Source: a virus
Length of the DNA stretch: 64,000 bases
Direction: 5' to 3' (one strand)
IMG/VR virus record: IMGVR_UViG_3300050034_000187
Location: 103,866-167,865 of that record
Shown: piece by piece, positions 37,268 to 47,232 of the stretch
How positions within the stretch are numbered: the first letter of the stretch is position 1
Layout of the letters: the number at the start of each line of letters is the position of its first letter
The notes under the pieces: generated by a model
What the model saw: only the letters and a program-made list of their open reading frames with translations
What the model was told of the DNA's origin: nothing
Databases searched by the model: none
Made by a program: the position numbers and the translations under genes

Positions 37268-37531
37268 ATGATTGATTCAGCCAAAGACGAAGCCATTCTC
37301 AAGGCAATGCCAGATTTGATGGAACTGGATTTTGATTTGGATAAAACCGAATACTGTTCTTTGGAAGAAGCGCGAGATTGGTGCAAATTAAATGAAATTA
37401 GTACTCAAGTCAGATATAACAAATCAGTTTTCGGTGGAGTATATAATTCTGACGGAAAGAAGCTTCCGAGTAGTCCCAATAGGCAGTATAAAAATTCTGG
37501 TTGGGTTTCGTGGACAGAGTTATGGAAATAA
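37268..37531 (+). CDS. Single integrase-repeat-like unit protein, recent paralog of 32922
   Basis: Near-identical DNA including the upstream TATAATATATCT. Confidence 0.75.
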   Translation: MIDSAKDEAILKAMPDLMELDFDLDKTEYCSLEEARDWCKLNEISTQVRYNKSVFGGVYNSDGKKLPSSPNRQYKNSGWVSWTELWK

Positions 37532-37751
37532 TTCTTGACATTCAATCATGCAACGGGGTATAATATACATATGAATAATTCACAAAAGGTATGCGAGCAT
37601 CGATGGAAATATTCTCTTGATTCTGCAAGTGATAGAGAAGTATTTTGTATTCATTGCGGGATGGTTGGAGAAGTTAACGATATAGAGCCACCAAATAATC
37701 CAGATGATATTATTGACGTATTTTATCCAGCAAGTTGATGAAAGGAGCACA

Positions 37752-38030
37752 ATGATTGTTAATAAATTCAAGGCACTAAAAGCAGTAGAAGCTGCAAGAA
37801 CTCGCTTAATTAAGTTTGTATTGTCTGAAAAAGAAGAGTTTATCAATAAGCTCTTATTGCATCCCCGTAAATATTTTTTCTTTTTTAATGGTGCCCCATA
37901 TACCAAGGCGCAAGCGGGTGAGAAGTGGTATACTTCAGATAAATTCCTAGCAGCAATGCAAATGTACACGGAAGAAGTATATTTGGATTTTTCTGAATAC
38001 AAATTGTTGAGAACCTTTTTGGAGGCATGA
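37752..38030 (+). CDS. Hypothetical protein
   Basis: AAGGAG RBS. Confidence 0.55.
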   Translation: MIVNKFKALKAVEAARTRLIKFVLSEKEEFINKLLLHPRKYFFFFNGAPYTKAQAGEKWYTSDKFLAAMQMYTEEVYLDFSEYKLLRTFLEA

Positions 38031-38653
38031 TATGACGACAATTAAAATTCAATTGGAGAAATGTACTAGCGGTGTTATTTCCTGCCCGTATTGCGAAGAA
38101 TCCAGAACAATGGGTGCCGGTTATGCAATGGATTATCATTGCGGAAAGAATCATAAGGAAATTGCTCATTATGTTGAATTTAATTCTGAAATTCCTTCTG
38201 TTCCAACGTGGTGCCCCTGTAAAAGTTAAGAAAGGAAATATGATGAAAATCCCAGAAGAAGTATTTGATGATTCCCTTTTTGAAAAGAAGATTAAACTTC
38301 AAAGTCTTAAAGTCGAGGAAGATCAATATACGTTATTGTATATGTGGATCAAACAAGGAGTGATTAGCAAAAAAGAGTTTATTTACCTGATTGAACGGAT
38401 TAATCATGATTGATTTCATTAAAAACTTTTGGCATAGTTATCACACTATTATTTTGTGGATTGTCGTTGAAATTGCATTATCTTATCTAATTGGATTTGA
38501 ATTTTGTCTGTGGTCACCAACTTCTATCTGCCCATGGTATGGGACTATAACTATATTTTGGACAATTGGTGCGGATATACTTTGGTTTCTGGTTGGATGG
38601 GCTAAATTCATGGATTGGATTGATTTGAATTAACAAGTAACAAAAGGAGAAAA

Positions 38654-38914
38654 ATGGCAGTAGAACAATTAGGACCGAGTGAAGTACAAAAACTTCGGGA
38701 ACTTTTGCAAGAAAGTTTAAAGGTACGGCAGGAATGTGATGATCTAAAATCATCCCTTTCTGAAACGATCTCGTGTATTTCTGAGGAGCTTTCTATTCCA
38801 AAGAAATATATTAGCAAAGCAATTCAAATTGCTTATAAAGGGAAATTCAGCGATTCCGAGGAAGAGCTTGCGCAGATCGGTGAGATTCTTTCTAAGACTG
38901 GCTTCAAGGATTAA
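38654..38914 (+). CDS. dsDNA-binding protein, T4 DsbA/GapR-like
   Basis: Helical pattern DDLKSSLSETI...EELSIPKKYISKAIQIAYK. Confidence 0.65.
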   Translation: MAVEQLGPSEVQKLRELLQESLKVRQECDDLKSSLSETISCISEELSIPKKYISKAIQIAYKGKFSDSEEELAQIGEILSKTGFKD

Positions 38915-38926
38915 TTTTAATTGACA

Positions 38927-38966
38927 TTTCCTCCGATGTTTGCTATTATATATTCATCGGAGGAAA
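38927..38966 (+). promoter_or_regulatory. RBS-sequestering hairpin with the -10 box in its loop
   Basis: TTTCCTCCGATG-loop (TATTAT)-CATCGGAGGAAA; TTGACA at 38921. Confidence 0.7.
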
Positions 38967-38973
38967 TACAAAA

Positions 38974-39225
38974 ATGATGTATCCTACTGTTCATTTAAAC
39001 GGAACTTCGCAAAAGGATCTTCTAGGCCAATATTGTGAAATGGCGTATTCTCTGGGAAAAGCGTTGGATAAGATGCAAGAGAACGGTCCCCATGGGCGAG
39101 ACTATTATCCGCAAGGAGATTCTGCTCTGTATAAGGCGCAGGATGAGCATCGGGATAGGTGCAATCGTCTATTGAAGATCAAGCAAGAGATTGAAGATAT
39201 CATGTATCATATCAACGATATTTAA
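38974..39225 (+). CDS. Hypothetical phage protein
   Basis: PTVHLNGTS and PHGRDYYPQG motifs. Confidence 0.7.
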   Translation: MMYPTVHLNGTSQKDLLGQYCEMAYSLGKALDKMQENGPHGRDYYPQGDSALYKAQDEHRDRCNRLLKIKQEIEDIMYHINDI

Positions 39226-39303
39226 AATAGTTGTTGACAGATTATAAAAGATCTGCTAATATAAAGTTGTAATTAAAAATGTATTACCACAAGGAGATAT
39301 ATC

Positions 39304-39696
39304 ATGGCTAAGAGCAAGAATTTCGTAACATTTTCAGAGTTTCAAGAGTTTGCAAAGGCACAAAACATTCACAGCGTAACCGAGTTTCAAGCATTTCGCA
39401 AGGCAAATCCATCCTTCGCCCAAGGTGAAAAGAGCATTCCATCAAACCCACAGGTTGCTTATAATACCTCGTGGGCGGTTCTGTTGGGAAAGACTCCCCG
39501 CACAACTTATGGTAAGAATTTTGTTACCGTGGATGAATTTAAGCAATTCCTTGCTGAGAAGAGTATTAAGACCTCAACCGAATTTGTTAAGTTTTATCAT
39601 ACAGCAGAGACTCGCCCGACCTTTGCAGAAAAGGATATTCCATCGAATCCAACACACACTTTAAAGACAAATTGGAAGAGTCTTCTTTCAGCATAA
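39304..39696 (+). CDS. Protein of two integrase-repeat-like units
   Basis: 2 x KNFVT..EF..F.....I....EF...IPSNP......W..LL. Confidence 0.7.
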   Translation: MAKSKNFVTFSEFQEFAKAQNIHSVTEFQAFRKANPSFAQGEKSIPSNPQVAYNTSWAVLLGKTPRTTYGKNFVTVDEFKQFLAEKSIKTSTEFVKFYHTAETRPTFAEKDIPSNPTHTLKTNWKSLLSA

Positions 39697-39701
39697 AATA
39701 G

Positions 39702-39726
39702 TGGGAGGAGAAAATCCTCCCATTTT
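39702..39726 (+). terminator. Intrinsic terminator
   Basis: TGGGAGGA-gaaaa-TCCTCCCA-TTTT. Confidence 0.75.
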
Positions 39727-39732
39727 AAATAT

Positions 39733-39909
39733 ATGAAAATTATTGGCGATAACGAAACTATATTTTATTTCGACGAACATAGAAAATTTCATAGAGAAGA
39801 TGGCCCAGCTATAATTTTCAAAGATGGCATAACTGTGTGGTTTTTTCATGATAAATTATTAAATGAAGAAGGCCCAACTGTTTGTATTTGGAGGGATAAT
39901 GAAGAGTAA
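39733..39909 (+). CDS. Small HREDGPA-repeat protein (absent from the ORF track)
   Basis: FHREDGPAIIFKDG..WFFHD. Confidence 0.55.
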   Translation: MKIIGDNETIFYFDEHRKFHREDGPAIIFKDGITVWFFHDKLLNEEGPTVCIWRDNEE

Positions 39910-40111
39910 GATCCAAACAATCAATGAAAGAAGGTATATGTTCGCAAAAGCTTAAAAACTATCCCTTCATCGGTTCTCTGCGCCGGAAAGAAACTTGCTA
40001 TTGATATTTTGGTTGCAGATACTCCTTCTTTATTGGATATTCATGATGGGAATATTATGAGGCGCGGGAAAACTTTGGTATTTACAGATCCATGTTATTA
40101 ACGGAGAGTTT

Positions 40112-41038
40112 ATGAAGAAATTATTATTACTAGCACTTCTACAATCCCCATTCTTGCTCTCCCAAGGCCCCGCCAAGCCGTTGGTAGACACAACTCAGTA
40201 TGTTACCTATACTACCTATTTGAGTGAGCCACAGGTGTTTGAAAATGCAAAAGAAGTCCCAACAGAACGGTTTCATTTATTCATGCCCGGAGTTGCTAAA
40301 GTTAATTTAAGTGATAAATTTGGAGAGAATGAAACTCCTAGATGGACGCTCACCGGAGAATTGCATCCAGCATGGCTTATTAAAGATACCAAACCATATC
40401 GAGAATATATTAGTATACGAGGATATGTTGATTTAGATAATGAATTAAATGCTAATCCAAATTCCATTAATCTAAGTATTCAAACAAATCTAAGAAATAC
40501 TTCCTCGTTGAATAGACGATATTTTCGTGATCCAGAACTTAATTCAGATATAGTTGGATTTGAATATGATTATTCTCTTCATAATTTAAATTATATTTCT
40601 GGGGCAGATATTTTAGAACCATTTATTGTTTTACATTCGGGAATGATTTTAATAAAAGGCGGAGCGGGAATGGTGGCGGGTCATCGAATTAAAGAAAATG
40701 ATAAAACTAACTCCGATCCTATTTTAAGAATGACTATTCGAGGGCAAGTGGCATATCAAACCAATGATGGATTTTCAATTACTGCAAAATTAAAAAGTGC
40801 ATTGCCATTCTATGATGAGCCAGAAACTATTGAAGTGAGTACTACTAAGAAGCCGACAATTACTTATAGTACAACTCCAAGACATTATTTTACGATGGTG
40901 CTTGCCAAGAAAATGAATGCCTATGCCGCCATGTCTATTCAAGGAAACTGGGGAGAACTTCCCCCTAGTTTTTGGAATGTTAAACCAAATGTAACAATTG
41001 GTATTCTACTTACTAGCGGAGGAAACAAAAGTGAATAG
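40112..41038 (+). CDS. Secreted or outer-membrane beta-rich protein
   Basis: MKKLLLLALL signal peptide; alternating beta-strand pattern. Confidence 0.55.
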   Translation: MKKLLLLALLQSPFLLSQGPAKPLVDTTQYVTYTTYLSEPQVFENAKEVPTERFHLFMPGVAKVNLSDKFGENETPRWTLTGELHPAWLIKDTKPYREYISIRGYVDLDNELNANPNSINLSIQTNLRNTSSLNRRYFRDPELNSDIVGFEYDYSLHNLNYISGADILEPFIVLHSGMILIKGGAGMVAGHRIKENDKTNSDPILRMTIRGQVAYQTNDGFSITAKLKSALPFYDEPETIEVSTTKKPTITYSTTPRHYFTMVLAKKMNAYAAMSIQGNWGELPPSFWNVKPNVTIGILLTSGGNKSE

Positions 41039-41228
41039 CGGAAAATGGTCCAGAGATTCTGAAGGGAATACGTTTCATAAAGACTTATTTGGAAGATTGC
41101 ATAATGAAATTTATCCAGCAGTTATCACAAATATAAGAAAATATTTCTTTTTTCATGGGCAGCAATTGATGTTGGAAGGCCCATCTGTATCAAGTTGGAA
41201 AGATAAAGAACATTTGAAAAGTAATTAA
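41031..41228 (+). CDS. Small HREDGPA-like protein
   Basis: GRLHNEIYPAVI...FFFHG. Confidence 0.5.
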   Translation: MNSGKWSRDSEGNTFHKDLFGRLHNEIYPAVITNIRKYFFFHGQQLMLEGPSVSSWKDKEHLKSN

Positions 41229-41248
41229 AATAAGGATAAACTATATCT

Positions 41249-42886
41249 ATGTCATATATAAGTGCATTTCACGATAAGAAAAAAGAAGTTATTCACGTAG
41301 TGGAAAGGGATCAAGAAGGTAATCGAGTTTATAAAGATTATGTTCCTGATTATTCTTTCTATGTTTCAGATGATAACGGTTCATATAAAACTATTTTTCA
41401 AAATAGAGTCAAAAAGATTATTCCTAAAAATTCCGCAGATTTTCATAAGTATCTTAATATGTATAAAGGTAAAAAGACTCTATGGGAATCTGATCTAAAT
41501 TTAGTATATAAGTGTTTGGCAGAGAATTATAGGAATGCTCCGCTTCCTCCCCTTCATATAGCATTCCTTGATATTGAAGCAGATTTTTCACAAGAACGCG
41601 GGTTTGCTCCAATTGAAGATCCATTTAATCAAATCACGGCAATTACGGTTTACTTATCTTGGCTAGATGAATTAATAACTCTTGCAATTCCTCCCAAAAC
41701 ACTCAGTAAAGATGAAGCAAATAAAATTGCATCTGAATTTGAAAATACTCTATTATTTGATAATGATGCAGATTTATTAAATGCATTTGTTATTTTGATA
41801 GAAGATGCCGACGTATTAACAAATTGGAATGGCGATGCCTACGATATTCCATATATCATTAATAGAACCAAAAGAGTATTATCAACCAATGATACTCGCA
41901 AAATGTGTTTATGGGATCAATTACCCGCAGAAAAAACAGCGGTAAGTTTTAATAATGAATATCTAACTTATGAATTAGTTGGAAGAGTACAACTTGATTT
42001 ATTGAAATTATATCAGAAGTTTACTTATGAAGAACGACGATCATATTCGTTGGATTCTATTGGAGAATATGAATTAGATGAACATAAGACTTCTTATGAA
42101 GGAAACTTGGATCAGTTATATAATAATGATTTCAAGTTATTCATTCAATATAACCGCCAAGATGTTATGCTTATTAAAAAACTAGAAGATAAATTGAAGC
42201 TGATTTCTTTGGCTAATGCTCTTGCTCATGAAAATACGGTTCTATTGCCGAATGCATTGGGAACCGTTGCAATGATTGATCAAGCAATTATTAATAGAGC
42301 GCACGATTTGGTATTAGTTGTTCCTAATAAAAAGCATAGCAAAGAAGAAGTTATTGCGGCTGGCGCATATGTTGCTGATCCAATTGTTGGGATACATTCT
42401 TACGTAGGCAGCACAGATATTAACTCGCTCTATCCATCGGATATTCGAGCATTGAATATGAGCATTGATACATTGATTGGAACTATTGTCCCGATATATA
42501 CCAAAAAGATGTTGGAAGAAAAATCTTCTCAGGGAAAATCCAGCGCAGAATGTTGGGAAAAAGTTTTTGGTTCTTTGGAATATCAAGGAATTATGAAGCA
42601 AGATGAAAATATGGAATTGGATATTCAATGGGAGCATTCTGATCAAGTAACTCATTGTACTGCAAATGATGCCTATAATCTTATTTTTAATTCAGGAAAC
42701 AATTGGATTTTATCTGGCAATGGTATTATTTTCACCAAAGAAAAAAAAGGAATTATTCCAGAACTTCTTGCTGATTGGTATAATGAACGAAAAAAAATGC
42801 AAAAGGAAATGAGGTCATTGGATGCTATCAATCATGGTATCGAAATACCCAATGATTTATTTGAAAATATAGAAAAACTATTATGA
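41249..42886 (+). CDS. Family B DNA polymerase, N-terminal subunit (exonuclease plus motif A)
   Basis: FLDIEAD, WNGDAYDIPY, YSLDSI, YNRQDV and DINSLYPS. Confidence 0.92.
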   Translation: MSYISAFHDKKKEVIHVVERDQEGNRVYKDYVPDYSFYVSDDNGSYKTIFQNRVKKIIPKNSADFHKYLNMYKGKKTLWESDLNLVYKCLAENYRNAPLPPLHIAFLDIEADFSQERGFAPIEDPFNQITAITVYLSWLDELITLAIPPKTLSKDEANKIASEFENTLLFDNDADLLNAFVILIEDADVLTNWNGDAYDIPYIINRTKRVLSTNDTRKMCLWDQLPAEKTAVSFNNEYLTYELVGRVQLDLLKLYQKFTYEERRSYSLDSIGEYELDEHKTSYEGNLDQLYNNDFKLFIQYNRQDVMLIKKLEDKLKLISLANALAHENTVLLPNALGTVAMIDQAIINRAHDLVLVVPNKKHSKEEVIAAGAYVADPIVGIHSYVGSTDINSLYPSDIRALNMSIDTLIGTIVPIYTKKMLEEKSSQGKSSAECWEKVFGSLEYQGIMKQDENMELDIQWEHSDQVTHCTANDAYNLIFNSGNNWILSGNGIIFTKEKKGIIPELLADWYNERKKMQKEMRSLDAINHGIEIPNDLFENIEKLL

Positions 42887-42897
42887 AAATAGTAGAG

Positions 42898-42941
42898 TGA
42901 GTCTCCGTATAATGTATTAATAAATACTCGAAGGAGACTTA
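42898..42941 (+). promoter_or_regulatory. Late promoter inside an RBS-occluding hairpin
   Basis: TGAGTCTCC ... TAAATA ... GGAGACTTA, then ATG 42943. Confidence 0.75.
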
Positions 42942-42942
42942 C

Positions 42943-44139
42943 ATGGATCGCATAGAAATTGAAAAGAAGTTTAGGGAAACTTATACTATAAAAAGTGAGT
43001 TGCATTTTAACAGATATTTGAATTATTTTGAAAAATATTTTTATTCATTTGAAAAATATAGAGTTAATTGTATTATGGAAAAGCATCATATATTCCCGGT
43101 GTCGTTATTTCCTGAATATAAAAAAGAAAAATGGAATAAAGTAAAGATTTCTGCAAGAGAGCATTTCTTACTTCATTTTCTATTGTATAAAGCTATTAAA
43201 AGTAGTAGCATGGTATATGCGTTTAATCAAATGCGAAGATATTTAAAAACATCTTCCTGCCAATATGCATGGTTATATGTTAAACATAGAGAAGAGATTT
43301 GTAAAATAATTTCCAAATGTAATACTGGAAGAATTAGAACAGAAGAGCAAAAGTTGGCAATGTCTATTTCTCGAAAGGGAATGATGGCTTGGAAAAATTT
43401 GGAAACTGGAGAAACTTGTTATGCTCTACATGGAAGTTTAAAATATCCATGGGTGCATATCTGTACTGGAAATAAGCATAGCGAAAATACAAAGAAACAA
43501 ATTGGAGAATCGCAAAAAGGAAAATTGTGGCAATATAATCCAGCGACCGGGGAAATTCGGCAAGAGTATGAATTACTAGATGGATTTGTTTGGGGAATGA
43601 GTCCAGAATTAAAAAAGCACAATAGTTTGCATATACAAAAACGAATTGTAGATTCTCTCTGGGTTATCAAAGATGGCAAAGAACTTAGAGTTAAATCTGG
43701 AGATATTACCGACGATATGACTGTTGGAAGATTACCGGATACTGCTGAAGTTGGATTATCAATCATGAACAATAAGGATTATAAAAAATTACTTAATTTG
43801 AAAACAAAGCAATATGAACTTGTTCTTATGAAAACTAGCAAGCCATGGCAAATCCCAGCCGGAGCAAAATTATCCACTCTTTATATTTTTGAATATAAAG
43901 GAATTTATTCTGCTAGCGCTAACCAAATGTGGAAATGTTTTTCATACTTGCCAATAAAAAATGGAAAAAAAGATTTATCATTGATGAATAAATTAATTCC
44001 AAAGCCAAGACCAAATTGGTCCAAAGAACGAAATGAGTTTTATACCAAATACCACGGAGAGACATTGCATGAGGTTGGATTTCATGTAATTCCATTAAAA
44101 GATTATACGTTTAGTGAGGAACATATATGGCTGAAATAG
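42943..44139 (+). CDS. Free-standing HNH homing endonuclease with NUMOD3-like repeats
   Basis: EKHHIFP, AREHFLLH, RTEEQKLAMS and HSENTKKQI. Confidence 0.88.
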   Translation: MDRIEIEKKFRETYTIKSELHFNRYLNYFEKYFYSFEKYRVNCIMEKHHIFPVSLFPEYKKEKWNKVKISAREHFLLHFLLYKAIKSSSMVYAFNQMRRYLKTSSCQYAWLYVKHREEICKIISKCNTGRIRTEEQKLAMSISRKGMMAWKNLETGETCYALHGSLKYPWVHICTGNKHSENTKKQIGESQKGKLWQYNPATGEIRQEYELLDGFVWGMSPELKKHNSLHIQKRIVDSLWVIKDGKELRVKSGDITDDMTVGRLPDTAEVGLSIMNNKDYKKLLNLKTKQYELVLMKTSKPWQIPAGAKLSTLYIFEYKGIYSASANQMWKCFSYLPIKNGKKDLSLMNKLIPKPRPNWSKERNEFYTKYHGETLHEVGFHVIPLKDYTFSEEHIWLK

Positions 44140-45350
44140 CAGAGAAATTGAAAGATCTAATTGAGTGCGGAGATGTTAAAAAGATTTCTGTATTCATGAA
44201 AGATAATAATCTAATTTTAGATAAAAAACACAAAACTATTACATATGCAAATAATAATGACATAGCTAAAAAGGTTGAATTTTTAGATCAGAGTCAGCAT
44301 GTAAGAAAAATCAAGATGAACAGCTTATTTGGTTCGGAATTAAATTTAGCATCTAGATTTAATGATCATAGAATTGGCCAATCTATTACTTTATCTGGTA
44401 GATTAATTGTGAAGCATATGTCTGCCTATATTAATCAGTTATTGACTGGAAAATATGATTATGTTGGTGAAACTATATTATACAATGACACGGATAGTGC
44501 ATACTTTACTATTTGGCCTATTATCAAAAATAAAGTAGAATCTGGAGAAATGGAATGGAATGCTGATATTGCTATAAAACTATATAATGAAATTGCAGAA
44601 AAGGTGAATAATAATTTTCCATCTTTTATGAAATCGGCATTTAATTGTTCACTGGAAGATGGTGCTATTATTAAGTGCGGGCGTGAGATAGTTGCATCCA
44701 AGATGTTGTTGATTGTTAAAAAAAGATATGCAGCAATGATGGTAGACAAAGATGGTATTCGTTATGATGTAGATGGAAAGCCCGGTAAAATGAAAGTTAT
44801 GGGATTGGATCTACGTAGATCAGATACTCCCGCAATTGTTCAAAAGTTCCTTAAAGATACTTTGTTAGAAGTTCTTACTTCCAATGATGAGAATGTTATT
44901 GTGGAGAAGATCAAAGCATTCAAGAAAACATTTAAGAATCTTCCACCGTGGGAAATGGGATCGCCAAAAAGAGGGAACCGACTTACGTTTTATAAAGAGT
45001 TGATTAAGGAAGGCAAAGGAAATAGAACTCCGGGACATGTTCGCGGAGCACTAAATTGGAATAAATTATGTGATCAACATCATGATAAGATGACGGGAAG
45101 AATTGCAGATGGAATGAAATTGGTGGTTGTTCCATTAAAAGAAAATAATATGGGAATGAAATCCATTGCTTATCCAACTGATGAAAAGAGATTACCAGAA
45201 TGGTTTAAGAAATTACCGTTTGATACCGCATCTATGATGAAAACCGTTGTTGAAAAACGAATTGAAAATCTATTAAGTAAACTTCCTAATTGGAAAAGTA
45301 TTGAAAGACGTACTCAACAAGAAACTGGATTGGATGCATTTTTCATTTGA
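44127..45350 (+). CDS. Family B DNA polymerase, C-terminal subunit (motifs B and C)
   Basis: KIKMNSLFG, YNDTDS, KKRY and GLDLRRSDTP; clamp-binding-like tail LDAFF. Confidence 0.92.
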   Translation: MAEIAEKLKDLIECGDVKKISVFMKDNNLILDKKHKTITYANNNDIAKKVEFLDQSQHVRKIKMNSLFGSELNLASRFNDHRIGQSITLSGRLIVKHMSAYINQLLTGKYDYVGETILYNDTDSAYFTIWPIIKNKVESGEMEWNADIAIKLYNEIAEKVNNNFPSFMKSAFNCSLEDGAIIKCGREIVASKMLLIVKKRYAAMMVDKDGIRYDVDGKPGKMKVMGLDLRRSDTPAIVQKFLKDTLLEVLTSNDENVIVEKIKAFKKTFKNLPPWEMGSPKRGNRLTFYKELIKEGKGNRTPGHVRGALNWNKLCDQHHDKMTGRIADGMKLVVVPLKENNMGMKSIAYPTDEKRLPEWFKKLPFDTASMMKTVVEKRIENLLSKLPNWKSIERRTQQETGLDAFFI

Positions 45351-45390
45351 CATTAATATCCTCTTCTGTTATCATATGGAAGAGGATATT
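45347..45390 (+). promoter_or_regulatory. sigma70 promoter within an RBS-sequestering hairpin
   Basis: TTGACA-N17-TATCAT; arms AATATCCTCTTC / GAAGAGGATATT. Confidence 0.7.
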
Positions 45391-45393
45391 TTC

Positions 45394-45621
45394 ATGCATC
45401 TAGATAAACTTGGCAATGAACTTCAAGTCGGGGATTATATTAAAGAATATTATCCTTTTTGCGGTTCTAATAATACAGAAGGAATTATTACTAGGTTTGA
45501 TCGAACCGGTTCCGGGAAAGATATTGCTAGATATAGCGAAACGAGCGGAGATTATGCATATTTAGATCATTCTGAGAAGCAGTCTGAAGAAGATAGAATT
45601 CAATATATAATGGAGAGATAA
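45394..45621 (+). CDS. ME-tail family small protein (array C)
   Basis: DKLGNELQVGD; SEEDRIQYIMER. Confidence 0.8.
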   Translation: MHLDKLGNELQVGDYIKEYYPFCGSNNTEGIITRFDRTGSGKDIARYSETSGDYAYLDHSEKQSEEDRIQYIMER

Positions 45622-46058
45622 TGGAATATAAATGTAGAAATGGATTTATGAATATTGGTGACTGGATGGGAACCTTGGGATCATCCTATTATGATGCGGG
45701 TGGGCAAGTCGTGGATTTTTGCTGGAAGTATGGTCCATTGTATGCCGATATTCAAGATCTACGAGGAACCGTATATTGGAGTAATATATATTTTTCTAAC
45801 TTATGGAAATTTGAAAATAAAGTAGAATTCGATAATTGGAAAAATAATAGGATGCCGGAGTCATTTGACTTGAATGGAATGACTTTTAAAATTGGAGATT
45901 ATTTTTCTCAGGGAGAAGTAGTGGGAAAGAAAATTGATATTATTTATCTGCTTCCAGATAAATCGTATGCAATAGGTCACGCAATTCCATTTAATATAGA
46001 TAATTCTGTTAGAAGGGCAACAGACGAAGAAATATTGCAATATACAATGGAGCAATAA
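45621..46058 (+). CDS. ME-tail family protein with two domains (array C)
   Basis: Two IGD modules; TDEEILQYTMEQ. Confidence 0.8.
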   Translation: MEYKCRNGFMNIGDWMGTLGSSYYDAGGQVVDFCWKYGPLYADIQDLRGTVYWSNIYFSNLWKFENKVEFDNWKNNRMPESFDLNGMTFKIGDYFSQGEVVGKKIDIIYLLPDKSYAIGHAIPFNIDNSVRRATDEEILQYTMEQ

Positions 46059-46059
46059 T

Positions 46060-46290
46060 ATGAATTATAAAGTTGGAGAGTATTATACTTTGATGAATCC
46101 AGCTAGACAGCGGGATGATAGAATATGGGAAATTGTTAATATAAATGGCACTCGCGTTTATATTAAATTAGTAATGATTGGCGGCGGAATGGTAAGTTGG
46201 GGGACTTCTCAAAGAGTATCAATAAAATATATGAATAGGTATGAATTGATTTCAAAAGAAGAAGTTATGCAAGAAATCATGGAAAAATAA
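46060..46290 (+). CDS. ME-tail family small protein (array C)
   Basis: YKVGE; ISKEEVMQEIMEK. Confidence 0.8.
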   Translation: MNYKVGEYYTLMNPARQRDDRIWEIVNINGTRVYIKLVMIGGGMVSWGTSQRVSIKYMNRYELISKEEVMQEIMEK

Positions 46291-46291
46291 T

Positions 46292-46492
46292 ATGGGAAGA
46301 AATAATATTCAATTACATGTTGGCGACTATGTTATGGAAACCTTTTGTGGAAGAATAATTGATATTGGGAGGTTAAGCAGCATTGATACCAGAGACGGTG
46401 GTATTGGATTTTGCGGTAAGCAGATTGTAATATTGGGGATGACAGAAAAAATAAGCGAAGAAGAATATCTACAATATGTTATGGAGAGATAA
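46292..46492 (+). CDS. ME-tail family small protein (array C)
   Basis: LHVGD; ISEEEYLQYVMER. Confidence 0.8.
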   Translation: MGRNNIQLHVGDYVMETFCGRIIDIGRLSSIDTRDGGIGFCGKQIVILGMTEKISEEEYLQYVMER

Positions 46493-46729
46493 ATGAGACA
46501 TAGATGTCAAAATGGATTAATTGGCGTGGGAGATTATGTAGTAATTCGCAAAACGCATGGATTCGGCCATGGGAAAGTGACTGGATTTTCTCAAGCAAGC
46601 AGCCTATGGGGACATGCATGGAAAGCTACGATAGAAGGTTATGATAAACCAAACAATTGGGGATTCTGCTGTCTTGCAAAAAAATTTAATAGTGACGAGG
46701 AAATTATACAATTTATTATGGAGCAATGA
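46493..46729 (+). CDS. ME-tail family small protein (array C)
   Basis: IGVGD; SDEEIIQFIMEQ. Confidence 0.8.
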   Translation: MRHRCQNGLIGVGDYVVIRKTHGFGHGKVTGFSQASSLWGHAWKATIEGYDKPNNWGFCCLAKKFNSDEEIIQFIMEQ

Positions 46730-46730
46730 T

Positions 46731-46964
46731 ATGAAATTTAAAGTAGATGATTTAATTCGTGATGATAATGATATTAGCAGAATATGGAAAATTATCGGAG
46801 TATATCCAATGGATAAATCTTATAATACTATTCTATATATGCTGTCGGGACATATGATTGCATGGGGAGAAGATTATCCACAAAACGTATTGGCGTCCTT
46901 TCTCGAAGAAGATTTTAATGTATTGTCCAATGAAGAAATTATGCAATATATTATGGAGCAATAA
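46731..46964 (+). CDS. ME-tail family small protein (array C)
   Basis: MKFKVDD; LSNEEIMQYIMEQ. Confidence 0.8.
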   Translation: MKFKVDDLIRDDNDISRIWKIIGVYPMDKSYNTILYMLSGHMIAWGEDYPQNVLASFLEEDFNVLSNEEIMQYIMEQ

Positions 46965-46965
46965 T

Positions 46966-47232
46966 ATGAAATTTAAAGTTGGTGATTATATTAGAAATGT
47001 AGATAGCACCATTGATGATAGAGTATGGAAAATAATAGCATTGGCTTTTGATGAAAATCAATATGTATTAGACTTAAAATTTTTTGTAAATATTGCAATT
47101 CCGTATTCTTACAGCATTATTGGTGATTGCTCCTTAAAGCCATTTGTTAGCTATGGTGAAGTTATACTGACAGACCGTACCATGGAAAAAGTATCAGATG
47201 AAGAAATATTGCAATTGGAAATGGAGCAATAA
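46966..47232 (+). CDS. ME-tail family small protein (array C)
   Basis: MKFKVGD; VSDEEILQLEMEQ. Confidence 0.8.
   Translation: MKFKVGDYIRNVDSTIDDRVWKIIALAFDENQYVLDLKFFVNIAIPYSYSIIGDCSLKPFVSYGEVILTDRTMEKVSDEEILQLEMEQ

Noticed and set aside
42887-44126. Group I intron or intein in polB
   Set aside because: No room or recognisable core for an intron, no intein termini, and the second half has its own RBS and start
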